Shown piece after piece: positions 18,864-30,000 of a stretch of 64,000 nucleotides of DNA; position 1 is the first letter of the stretch, and each line of letters starts with the position of its first letter. The translations under genes and the position numbers were made by a program. The notes beneath the pieces were generated by a model. It was not told the origin of the DNA. It did no database searches and was given only the letters and a program-made list of their open reading frames with translations. The stretch comes from an uncultured Verrucomicrobiae bacterium (GTDB lineage Bacteria > Verrucomicrobiota > Verrucomicrobiia > Chthoniobacterales > JAFAMB01): NCBI GenBank assembly GCA_963837955.1, contig CAWIPH010000002.1:1984001-2048000 (forward strand), written 5' to 3'.

Positions 18864-20030
18864 ATGGACTTCCGCATTCCGACCTCATTTGGCGAAGCCA
18901 TCGCACTCGATCATGTTCCGGAAGCGGATCAGTCTGTTTTTGTCTCGAGCTTTGAGCGCTGCGTTGCGGATCATCGATATTACGAAATTACGAAAGCGGC
19001 GCTGGGGGAGCAGTTCGAACACCGGTACTTGATTCTCAAAGACAAACAGGAGCGTACGCGCGCGGTGCAACCCTTTATCATAGTCCGTCAGGATTTGGTT
19101 ATGGGTACCCCGGCGTCCGTGAGAGGCCCAATCGATTCTCTCCGAACACGGTTTCCGAACTTTTTAAAACTACCCATGCTGATGATAGGCTGTTCGGCGG
19201 GCGAAGGTGCTATTGCGTTGGATGCCGTATCCGGGGATATCGACTGGACCATTGACGCCTTGGGAGAAGCGCTCCCGCTTCTAGCCAAGCGGCTCAAGGC
19301 GGTCATGGTATTGTTCAAAGATTTCCCGAAATCCTATCGAGCAAAACTCGACCGGCTCTTGGGCTCGGGATTTACCCGAATACCGAGTATGCCGGCGACC
19401 GGTCTGAAACTCGATTTCCGCAACTTCGACGAGTACCTGGCAACTAGGCTAAGTCACGCCATGCGGAAGAATTTACGGCGCAAATTCCGTAAGTCCGAAA
19501 CCGGGCCGCCGATCAGGACGGAAGTGGTGAGCGATATCACGCCATTCGTCGACGACATTTTGCCTCTTTACCAAGCCGTCTTCGGTCGAGCGAAACAACG
19601 ATTTGAGGAGCTGAACCGATCATACTTTTGCCAGCTCGGTCAGCGCATGAGCGATCGTTCGCGCTTTCTCATTTGGCGGCGAGAAGACAAGATCGTGGCT
19701 TTTGCGTCTTGCCTCGTTCATGACGGTGTTTTGAAAGACAACTATATCGGCCTCGATTATTCTCTCGCTCTGGAATATCACCTGTATTTTGTGACCTGGC
19801 GCGACACGGTCATCTGGGCTGTAGAAAATGGTTGTCACACCTACCATAGCGCCCCGCTGAACTATGATCCGAAGTTCCATTTTCGGATGCATTTGGAACC
19901 GCTCGATCTTTACGTCAGAGCGGTGCATCCTCTGCTGAATGCATGCTTTCGACCGCTGCTACCGCTCCTGGAACCGACCCGATACGATAAACCGATCCAG
20001 AAGTTCGAGAATGCAGGAGAGCTGTGGTAG
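18864..20030 (+). CDS. GNAT-fold acyltransferase (FemAB-like; possible bacterial ceramide synthase family)
   Basis: FKDFP, FDEYL..L...RKNLRRK, RFEEL, YIGLDY, LYF, PK motifs. Confidence 0.75.
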   Translation: MDFRIPTSFGEAIALDHVPEADQSVFVSSFERCVADHRYYEITKAALGEQFEHRYLILKDKQERTRAVQPFIIVRQDLVMGTPASVRGPIDSLRTRFPNFLKLPMLMIGCSAGEGAIALDAVSGDIDWTIDALGEALPLLAKRLKAVMVLFKDFPKSYRAKLDRLLGSGFTRIPSMPATGLKLDFRNFDEYLATRLSHAMRKNLRRKFRKSETGPPIRTEVVSDITPFVDDILPLYQAVFGRAKQRFEELNRSYFCQLGQRMSDRSRFLIWRREDKIVAFASCLVHDGVLKDNYIGLDYSLALEYHLYFVTWRDTVIWAVENGCHTYHSAPLNYDPKFHFRMHLEPLDLYVRAVHPLLNACFRPLLPLLEPTRYDKPIQKFENAGELW

Positions 20031-20114
20031 GGCGGGGAGGTCGGGATTGGTGATTAGTGATTGGTGATCGGTGATTTGGTGATGATCGCGCATCGTTGAT
20101 CTTCACCCCAGGCT

Positions 20115-20329
20115 GGTAGGGCGAAACAGTCCGGCAAACGCGACGTGGTTGAAGATATTTGGAGAGCGCCGGACTGTGAGCCGTCGTGAGCCAACGCCCG
20201 GCGCCAAAATCATGACCTGTCGCGTGAGATTTACCTTTCTGGGCGGCGGTAATTTGCGGATCGCGCCTCACGGAAATCGGCTCACACGTCTTATTCTCGC
20301 TGTCGCTCAACAACGTGTTTCGCCCTACC
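20115..20329. repeat. GGTAGGGCGAA-type REPIN
   Basis: Terminal GGTAGGGCGAAA / TTTCGCCCTACC; inverted relative of 20954-21103. Confidence 0.8.
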
Positions 20330-20412
20330 CGTCAGGGGGTCACCCCGCGCACCGACCTCCGATTTCGCGAAATTCTTGAACTTCCGCACGCGGCCGTGGC
20401 AATCTGCCGACC

Positions 20413-20916
20413 GTGTTGTCCCTTCGTCGAATTTTCTGTTGGCTCGGTTTGATGGTGATCCTCGCAGGTTGTGAAACCACGGCGCCATACGTTTACCACT
20501 ATATTCCAGGGCGGACGGCTACCGCCCAAAGTGGCTTTGCGATTGCTCCAGTGCAGGCTCCTTCGGCAGTCCAACAAGCGATCGCTGCCGGAAATGAAAT
20601 CGCGGGCCGGCCATATCGATATGGAGGAGGGCACAGATCATTTTACGATAGCGCTTATGATTGTTCCGGAGCGACCTCATTTGTGCTACACGCGATCGGG
20701 CGTCTGAATACACCGAACCCATCGGGCGAGTTTCGGAAATATGGCGACAAAGGCCCGGGAGACTGGATCACCATTTATGCTGCAAACGGTCATGTCTTTC
20801 TCGTCGTGGCGGGCCTTCGTTTTGATACCGGTTGGGGAGATGGGGATGGACCGCATTGGACTAGTCGAAGCCGGCCAGCTGATGGATACGTATTGAGGCA
20901 TCCGTCGGGTCTGTGA
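20413..20916 (+). CDS. NlpC/P60-like lipoprotein (putative peptidoglycan endopeptidase)
   Basis: Lipobox LAGC; PYRYGGGH, YDCSG, NGHVF catalytic Cys/His. Confidence 0.85.
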   Translation: MLSLRRIFCWLGLMVILAGCETTAPYVYHYIPGRTATAQSGFAIAPVQAPSAVQQAIAAGNEIAGRPYRYGGGHRSFYDSAYDCSGATSFVLHAIGRLNTPNPSGEFRKYGDKGPGDWITIYAANGHVFLVVAGLRFDTGWGDGDGPHWTSRSRPADGYVLRHPSGL

Positions 20917-20953
20917 ATTGTCCACGATTGTTGGGCGAAACACACCCAAGATT

Positions 20954-21103
20954 GGTAGGGCGATACACACCGTCGAGCGACAGCGAGAAAAGGTGTGTGA
21001 GCGGAGCGCGTGAGTCAACCCATGGGTTTCGGAACGGCTCACAGTCCGGCGCTCAACGACGTTTTATCACACGTGGCGTTTTGCCGGACTGTTTCGGCCT
21101 ACC
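20954..21103. repeat. GGTAGGGCGAA-type REPIN, inverted copy of 20115-20329
   Basis: Arms GAGCGACAGCGAGAA and ACAGTCCGGC shared in reverse orientation. Confidence 0.8.
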
Positions 21104-21150
21104 GGCCCTCGGTGCGTTTTGCGCACTGGTAAGGCTAACGGTCCACCCAC

Positions 21151-21186
21151 AAAAAAAGCCAGTGCAGGTAGCGACCTGCACTGGCT
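21151..21186 (-). terminator. rho-independent terminator of the binding-protein gene
   Basis: Perfect 13-bp stem AGCCAGTGCAGGT/ACCTGCACTGGCT followed by a U-tract on the minus strand. Confidence 0.85.
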
Positions 21187-21241
21187 GAATTGAGTTGTTA
21201 ACAGCTAACTGAGATTCGTCAGTTGACTGGTGCTTCGCGGT

Positions 21242-22456
21242 TTATTTACCGGGTAGGCCGCCATTCTCGATCGTACCGCCATCTTTGTCTCTGCTAACCT
21301 GCATGGCGCTCAGCAAAATGCCCGATACAGATGCATCTGTCGTGAGAATGGTGTTAGCGATCTGGAGAGCAACTGTCTTCTGGTTTCCGGCAAGGGTTTT
21401 GCGGTAATCGAAATGTTCGTAACCCCAGAAAGTGTACAAGGGATTAGTGGGGCTGGATGGGCCCGTGACTCCCGCTGTGGAGTAAGCAACCCCGTTGAAG
21501 TTCAATTGAATCCCGGTGGTAACACTGGCCGCATCATTGAGGCCAAGATAACCAATGAACCAGGTTCCAAAGCCAGTCGCTTTTGGAGTGTTGAGGGTCG
21601 TAGCCAGCGTACCGCCGCTGGAAAAACCGGAGTCTCCAACCGGATAGTTAATTCCGTCCACCGTCACTGCTGGCCAGAGATTTGCACCGTTGACTTGGCC
21701 ACCGCCGTTGAGCGTCGGTTGATATTGTTGCGGATTCTTTTGGATACCGAATCCACTGCAAGCAAACGCTTGAATACGGGTGCCGGAATCTTCATCACGG
21801 CCTACCGCGAACACACTTTCGGTATCTCCCTTGTTTCCGCTAAGTGTCTTGAGTAGGAGAGTACCCTTGAGAAGGGTCTGCACCTGCGCTGACGTAATAT
21901 TGGTCACCGACCCTAGGGCAGCCGTTCCCGGGCTGGCTACAAACTTAAAGGGCACAACGCCCACTACTTCGGTGGTGAGTACCGGTGTCTGGTAGAGCGG
22001 CGGTGCCGACTTTTGGTAGCAATCGGCAAGGGCCACATCAGCGGTCAACGGTGACTCAAAGACAGGGCTGAGATCATTGGTGCCGCCGGTGCTTTGGGCG
22101 GTTGAATCAACCAGCCATCCGCCTCCACCAAAGGAGGTTCCACCGGGTCCAACGGTCAGGTTTTTAGCCAGCGTGGCAATGCCGCCGACCGAACCGGAGA
22201 ACGAGGTCTTAATGATCACAGAAACATTGCTCGTTTTGGTCGTGCCGGTGAAGATAGCTTGACTGGCTTTGCTCAAGCCGCCTGTGCCGGTATAAGCATA
22301 GACGTAACCGGTTTGGAGGTTGTCTTGGATCGCTTGATATACTGCTGCGCGATACGCGGTGGAACCGGTAACGCGTAGAAACGTCGTCTGGGCAGACGCC
22401 GTACCAATGAGGGCAAATGCGAGTAAACTCGCGAGGATGGTTTGGAACGCTTTCAC
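21242..22456 (-). CDS. secreted periplasmic-binding-protein-like protein (PstS/DING-like fold)
   Basis: Signal peptide ending ASA; RVTGST, GSVGGI, GRDEDSGTR and IGYLG resemble type II PBP phosphate-binding motifs; GTG start at 22456. Confidence 0.65.
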   Translation of the reverse strand: MKAFQTILASLLAFALIGTASAQTTFLRVTGSTAYRAAVYQAIQDNLQTGYVYAYTGTGGLSKASQAIFTGTTKTSNVSVIIKTSFSGSVGGIATLAKNLTVGPGGTSFGGGGWLVDSTAQSTGGTNDLSPVFESPLTADVALADCYQKSAPPLYQTPVLTTEVVGVVPFKFVASPGTAALGSVTNITSAQVQTLLKGTLLLKTLSGNKGDTESVFAVGRDEDSGTRIQAFACSGFGIQKNPQQYQPTLNGGGQVNGANLWPAVTVDGINYPVGDSGFSSGGTLATTLNTPKATGFGTWFIGYLGLNDAASVTTGIQLNFNGVAYSTAGVTGPSSPTNPLYTFWGYEHFDYRKTLAGNQKTVALQIANTILTTDASVSGILLSAMQVSRDKDGGTIENGGLPGK

Positions 22457-22605
22457 TATTATGGTTTGTTCTAAGGAACGATCTTTGTTCAAGGACGCTT
22501 GGTCAGTCGGTGCAGCGGAATAGCAGCGCTGAGCCGATCCCGTATGCACCTGTCTGATCCGCAACTAACATCGCTAACCCCCCGTTTCAGAACAACCGCT
22601 TTAGC

Positions 22606-22893
22606 GTTACAATTGCGCCACAATCTACCGTCGGTTGTGGTTAATAATGTACATCGAAGGCTTTTCGCAGGTGCACAAAACTTTCAAGACTACCGATCAG
22701 ACCGGTTATCTGACAACCTACTTACTGTTACATTTTAGTAACAAAGCAGTGTGTTTTTGCAGAAGGTAAAGTCCAGATTTGTTTTGGCACTGAATAGCTA
22801 GAGCTATTTATATTTTAGTTAGGAGACTTAACTAGTAGGGGTAGTAAACGCAACCGGGAGAACATACTTTCGGGTCACAATTGCGCTACAATC
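22606..22893. promoter_or_regulatory. Pho-box-like 11-bp-period direct repeats in the divergent promoter region
   Basis: GTTACAATTGCGCCACAATC (22606), CTGTTACATTTTAGTAACA (22725), GTCACAATTGCGCTACAATC (22874). Confidence 0.5.
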
Positions 22894-24016
22894 GCGCTCT
22901 TTCGGTATAGCGAATTGCTAGTAAATGAGCTGATAGCCAGCTAGCCAATGGGAGCTAAAAATAAGAAAAGAAATTTTAAACAGAAGGTAGCAAAGGAAGC
23001 AAAGACAGAGGGTTGGAAAGTTGAAGTTTGACCGTAGAAAGGTGATGCGTTCGGGTACTCGCAAAGAGTATTCCTGCATGAGGAAATTTAATGCCACGCA
23101 ACGGACTAACGAGCTCAGTCAAGCCGTCGAAGCAAACGTGATTAGTGAAAAGTGATTGGTGATTGATTTTGGCGAGGCGCTCCGAATTACCCTGATCAGG
23201 GAGGGCGCGCGTCCTCGCGCGCCGTCGCAGCCTCGCCCAGCGATGAGTCAGACGATAAAGCCGAGATGTCAGCATGATGGGTTAAACAGCGGATTGCGAG
23301 GACGCAATCCCTCCCAAGTTCCATGTGCTTTTTTGCGACCATTCCTATTCGTGTCAATTTCTCATCCATTCGTGGTTAATAAATTGCGTTGCAGATCTCT
23401 TCTGGGAACGCGAAAAGAGAAGTAGGTCGAACAGATAACCACGAAGATTTCGACTTACGCTTTGCTTCCTGTGTGGACCTATTGGTTTAGGAAAGTAAAC
23501 CGAGCCAGAAAACTATGGCGATTGGGCTCGGCGATCGAGATGAACCAAGCTTTGCGTTACCCTAGAGCTTCGTTCGAATCCATGGTGTTGTGAGGACAGT
23601 CGCCGCTACCAATTCCTCTTACCTTTGCGATCTTTGCGTTCTTTTGTGGCTATTCTTATTTCGCGATGGGCCGGCATCTGCCCGCAGGAACCGGAGCGCA
23701 CACGTGGGAGATCGAAATAAACAATGGTGGGAACATTTGGAAGGTACTCACCGATCTTGCCAGCCACCGACAGATAGAATGCCATGCGATTGTTACAATC
23801 CGTTGCTTGAGAGTCTTAACCGCGGAAGATAAATAACAGGCGATTGTTCTGGCGAGCGCGAGTAGATCGGCGAATTGACGCGAATGGATACAATAGATGC
23901 GAATTGGGAAGGCGAACACACTGGGGCATAATGGGGGGATTGTGAGCCTTATTCGTGTCTATTGTATTCATTCGCGCATCTGCAATATCTGATCGCTCTG
24001 AGTCCTAGACCGGAGA

Positions 24017-27000
24017 ATGTTGATGGATTTGCGTAAAAACCTTTTCAGCGTTCCCCGAAGAGCCCGGTCGCTGGGATTTGCTATCTGCTATTTGCTATCT
24101 GCCATTTGCTATCCGCGAAGCGTAGGGGCGGGCGATATTCTCCGAGGGGGCTCATCGAATAGCTCGACCGGACCCACGTCCGCCGCCGTTGGCGGAAACC
24201 AGGCCGCGATGGCCCAGCTGAAGACCAATGCCAAAGACATACTGGCGCGAGCTACGCAGGCGTTACAATCGGCGCAAGCCATGCAACAGACCGCGCGCAA
24301 GCTGGCGCTAGCGGCACCGAACAATGTCCCGAACGGTTTGAAGCCAGGCGGGCTCCAGGTGGCCACCGGCAAGAACGCGTTTTGGCAGGGCGCCAATCAG
24401 CCTACGCAGTCCGTGGTCAATGGCCAAACCACCGTTACGATTCTACAGACGGCACCCCAAGCGATTCTCAATTGGCAAACATTTAATGTCGGAAGTAACA
24501 CCACCGCCTATTTCAACCAGAGCGCAGGCGGCAATTTCGCTAATACCTGGGTAGCCTTAAACCGGATCCTGGATCCTTCACGCGCCCCCAGCCAAATCCT
24601 GGGCTCGATCAAGGCTCAGGGACAGGTTTATCTCATTAACCAAAACGGCATCATTTTCGGTGGTTCATCCCAAGTTAACGTCAGCTCCCTCCTGGTTGCT
24701 GCCGCCATTATCACGAATAATCAGTTCACGACATCCGGTATCTACAGCCCGATAGTAACCGGCGTTTATCAGCCAAGTTTTACGGGCGGATCAGGTCCGG
24801 TCTTGATTCAATCCGGGGCGGAGATCACCACGAATGCGCCGCCAGGGATTGCCGATCGGGGCGGATCGGTCATCCTCCTTGGCCACTCGGTCGAGAACGA
24901 CGGTTCTATCACCACTACTAATGGCCAAACCCTTCTGGCAGCGGGAAAGAGTTTTAACTTGCTCCAAGGCTACAGCATCACACCGGCAAATAGTTCAAGC
25001 GGGAACCTGACCTCGACCACACTCGGGACCGAAGTCGCGGTTAGCCAGGGTGGAATCGCAGTGAATACCGGTCTGATCCAGGCAACCACGGGTGACATTA
25101 CCATGGTGGGCAGCCAGGTGACGCAGGGAGGGGTCGCTATCTCCACCAGTTCGGTGTCCCAACGGGGCACAATTCATCTCTTGACCCCGACGGTTGATCT
25201 AAACAGCGGCAAGACGTTTCCGGGCAGCAGCGTCACTTTGGCGCCCGGCAGTGTTACCCTCATTGAGCCGGACCCCAACTCCGGGAATGCGCTCAACCCG
25301 CAACGGACTGCCGCTTACGCCCAACAACTCGCCTACCTAACTAATGCCCAACTCAATGCTACCGCCGGACTCAACGATGACGTTTCGCTGCCGGACCGGA
25401 TCGGAATTTCGCGGATCGAGATCACGACCGGTGGCACAGTGGATTTCGCCAGCGGCTCGCTGACCAGTGCGACCGCGGGACAAATTGCCGTCAGTGCGGG
25501 GAAACAGGTTTTTGCCGGAACCGGAGCTGAGCTTAACGTCTCGGGACTGGTCGATGTTTCGCTGCCGATGTCGGCCAACAATCTCGCGGTTAGCATCCAA
25601 GGGTTCGAACTGCGCGATAATCCGCTCAACCGGGATTCGAAAACTCTCTTTAACAGTACGGTTTATGTCGATCTGGGGCAACTTCAGCAGGTACCGGCAA
25701 GCTCCGCGTATCGACAAAACCGGTTCTACACGGCGGGCGGCGCGTTGGAAGTCAGCGGCGAACTGAACAATGTCAACCATAGCATCAACGAATGGTCGAC
25801 CATTGGCGGCTCGATCACTTTATCAGCCGGTCAAGTCGTGGCGCAGAGCGGGTCAGTATTTAACATTGCGGGAGGGTCCATCCAGTACCAAGCCGGTTAT
25901 CTCAAGCAGAGTTACCTCATCGGCAGTGATGGCCACATCTACAATGTGAACACCGCCCCGGCCGGCATCAGCTATCTCGGGGTCTTTCAAGGCTTCATCG
26001 TCAATCATCCCCGTTGGAACGTGACCGAGAATTTCGCGAACATTATTGTCGATCCCAGTCAGATTTACCGGCCAGGTTATACCGTAGGTCGCGATGCTGG
26101 CAGTCTGACGATAAATGCGCCGACCTCGATCTTCGAAGGAACGATTGAAGCTGGAACGATCGACGGAATCCGCCAGAACGGGACCCGGCCATCGAGCGTG
26201 CCGGATCCGTTTCTTTTGCCTCAGACCACGGTTCCGCTCAACGGTTCTCTGACCGTTGGTACGAATTACCCACAAAAGCCGCAGCCGGCCTCTCAGCCGA
26301 TTGCTGTCTCTACCAGCAACGTTGTTTTTGCTAACGGTAACACCTCGATCGCTACCAATCTCAACCCGACGGCCCAGCTCGACCCAGCGTTGCTCGACAC
26401 GAATACGTTTTCCGCCCAGCGGATCAGCAGCGCTGCCCTGGGCGGTTTAACCGTCAATGTCCAGGCGCCAGTTCATCCCTCCACAATTCCCGGAAAGACG
26501 AATCAAGGCTACTTGACGATCAGCGCCCCGCTCCTTTTTGCGGACGGCGCTCAAGTGTCATTGACAGCGGCTAACGTCGTGATCAGTGGCGGTATCACCG
26601 CACCGAGCGGCTCTGTTACGATCAACGCGCTCTCTTATCAGGTAAGTCCTATTATCGTGACGTCTTTTACCATACCGCGTCCGATCGCCGGGATTACGCT
26701 GGAACCGGGCGCTGTGATTAACACCCAAGGCCTATTTACTAACGCGCTGCTCGATCCGTCGGATCTCACCGGTGAAGCGTTCATTAACGGCGGCAACGTG
26801 ACCCTGGCCACGAACCAGGGGATCACGCTGGCGGCCGGGAGTCTGATTGATGCTTCCTCGGGCGCGGCAATCTTGCCCAACCGCAAGACGCTCAATGGCG
26901 CCGGCGGGAATATCACGATTCTGGCGGATCAGGTCGGTAATGTGATAGCCCGGCCGTCAAAAAACCCGAATGTGGTGCTTACTCCTGATGTCGCACACCA

Positions 27001-30000
27001 GGTATCGAGCGCACCGTTGATTCTGTACGGGACGCTCCGCTCTTTCGGGGTCAAAACAGACGGTGCGCTTTCCTTGCAAGCCTACTCCGTGGTGATCGGC
27101 GACTCGATTTCCCCGGCGGCGTCAAGTCAGCTTGTGCTTTCTACGTCGTTTTTCATCCAGGGGTTCTCGAGTTACACGATCAACGGTCTGACCAGCCTCA
27201 CCGTGGCACCCGGCGCCAATATCAATGTGACCTCACCGGTCTATCAGATCACCCCAGCCGTTTTCAAAATGCCAACCGGCACCGATCCGGCGATTGCCTT
27301 GGGTCGTCCCACGCTCATGCCGGTCTATGTCGGCAACGCAGCGACCGCGACCGTGACCCAGCGTCCCGGTGCCAGCCTTACCTTGGAGTCGGGAATCAAT
27401 CCGGCGATCCGGCCGAAAACGACGGCGATCGATCCTTCAACGATCATTGATCTCCAGGAGGGGGCGTTTGGTGGCAACATCGAGATCGGGTTAGGGGCCT
27501 CGATTGTGGTTGATCCAAACCAGTCGGTCACACTCCAGAGCGGGGGACAAATTACAGTAAACGGTGCGATCCGAGCCCCGGCCGGTACTATCGCGATCGC
27601 CAACAACCGGCAATTGGGTGGACTCGGCAAGACGTACAATCCCGGTGCGCTTTCGATCTGGCTGGGCAGCAACAGCGTTCTTGATGTGGCGGGGAACGCT
27701 TATACGACTAAGGACCAGTTTGGCCGGACATACGGTGTGGTGCAGAATGGTGGATCGATCATCCTCGGGAGCCAGGGTGGTGTGGATTCCATGTTCTTTA
27801 GTGAGTTATCGACCGACGCGTTTGTCATCATTCGGCCCGGTGCTCTCCTCGATGTGTCCGGTGCAAGCGCTGTGTTGGATCCGTTGGCGGGAACCGCACC
27901 CGGGATGTTCGATTCCTCGCAGCTCTCAGGTGTTCCGACCGCACCGGTCCTGGTCGCGAGCAATGGCGGTTCGATCACATTGAGTTCTTACGATGGCATC
28001 TTCAACGACGGGACGATGCGCGCCTTCGCGGGCGGAAGAGGCGCTGCCGGTGGAACCTTATCGGTCATCTTAGAGTCGCCAGTTTATACGCTAAATAAAA
28101 ACCAGATCTCCGGTCCGCAAGAAACTCAAATTCCGGCGGTTCCTGCAACGCTAAACGTCCCGCGAATTATGACCGTAGGCCAGGGAACTCCCACGGATCC
28201 GCTACCTATCATCCTGCAACCGGGGCAAACCGACCCTGATCTGCAGGTTGGTCAGGCTTATGTAAGCGCCAATGCAATCAACCAGGGCGGCTTTGCAAAC
28301 GTGTCACTGTATGCCGGGAACCAGATAGCCTTTGCGGGCAGCAGCATCTTGCGCGCGCCGGAGTCCATTACTCTGACTGCCCTCAATCTGGTCGGGAGTA
28401 AACGGGGTGCTTCGACCCAGATCATCGCCCCTTACGTCAAATTTAGCAGTCCCGTGACCTTCGTCCCTATTTCTGGTGGATCGCCGCCATTCTACTCTCT
28501 CGAACTGGGCGTTTCCAACTCCGTCGTAGTAGTAAAAAACTTTGCAGTAGTCGCTGATCTGATCGATTTCCAAGGCGCTACCGACGTCGGGTTGCCTTCC
28601 AACTACCCCAACTTTCTGTTGCCACAAAAGTCCGAAGTGAGCTTTTTTAGCAGCGGAGATATTCGCTTCGTTGCGCCGGTCCCCAACGGTACCGGAGGAA
28701 GCCCCTCCTCCTCTGTTGCCGCTCCAGACAGCATCTCGCTGAGCGCGGCGCAAATCTATCCGGCCACGGGCGTGTCCGGGTCGATCTCCGCAGCTGACAC
28801 TATTTCAATCGGTCGAACAGGAGGCCCAGCCCCGGCCGTTCCGTACTCGGTTTTCGGCACGCTGAGCCTCACTGCTGCGACCATTGAGCAAGCCGGTGTC
28901 CTGCGTGCGCCCCTCGGCTCCATCGTATTAACTGCCAACCGAGCGCCGTCCGTTCGGGACTCCGGCTCAGTGGATTTGCTCCCCGGCAGCATTACATCCG
29001 TAAGTGCGAACGGCCTGACTATACCCTACGGGGGTACGACCGATGGCGTTCGCTACACCGTCAATGGGAATTCGGTGACGTTTCCGAGCCTGGTTGGCAA
29101 CGCGAACTCCATTTCTCCAAGTGCTGGGCAATTTGTTATCGGAATCACCATCAATGCTTTATCGGTAGCCGGCAGCAAAGGTTCGCTGATCGACCTATCC
29201 GGTGGAGGAACACTGACCGGCGCTGGATTTATCTCTGGGCGCGGCGGATCGGTCGATGTTTTGTCCACGCCGCTCATTAACCAAAACCCTACGAACACCT
29301 TCAGTACGGCTGGGAGCACCGTCTATGCGATTCTGCCGGGAGGGCCTGACTATGCGCCATCGGGAGCGAGTACCAATATCCCTTACACCGGTGGAGTGCC
29401 CGGGATCGGCCAGCAAATCACGATCCCAGCCGGCGTCCCTGGACTCGCGCCCGGTGTTTACACGCTGCTGCCTTCGAATTACGCGCTTTTGCCGGGCGCC
29501 TATCGTGTCGAACTGGGGGGCGCCGCCGCGCCATTGAACCAGCTGCCGGTTATTCCAGTTACCGGTGGTTCATTCCTGGTTACGGCCTACGGCGGGATTG
29601 CCAATACTGGGATACAGAGTTCGCAGCCGCTTCGCGCGATAATCACTTCGGGGACCACCGTTCGCGACGATTCTCAATACGACGAGGAGAGCTATAGCTC
29701 GTTCGCGCTGGCGCAGGCAGCGCAATTCCACAATGTTGCTCCGTTGCTGCCAGCCGATGCCAAGACGCTCGTCCTCAATTTTGCCGTTCCAACGGCTCGG
29801 TTATCGGCGCTCACCTTTAACGGAGCCGCCAATTTCAGTCCTGGACCTGGCGGTGTTTCTGGTTCCCTGCTGGTCGAGATTCCGACCCTTGACAGTTTCA
29901 ACACGCCGCTGAGAACCAATCTCTTGGAGATCACCGGACAGGGCGCGATACCGACTCGTGGTTGGGTTTCGGTCAGTGCTGCCGCGCTTGACGCCTTTGG

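Noticed and set aside
22900..24010. Small ORFs or a riboswitch in the long tpsA leader
   Set aside because: ORFs overlap dispersed repeat fragments (e.g. inverted pair 23879-904/23951-76), and no riboswitch consensus was recognisable by eye.
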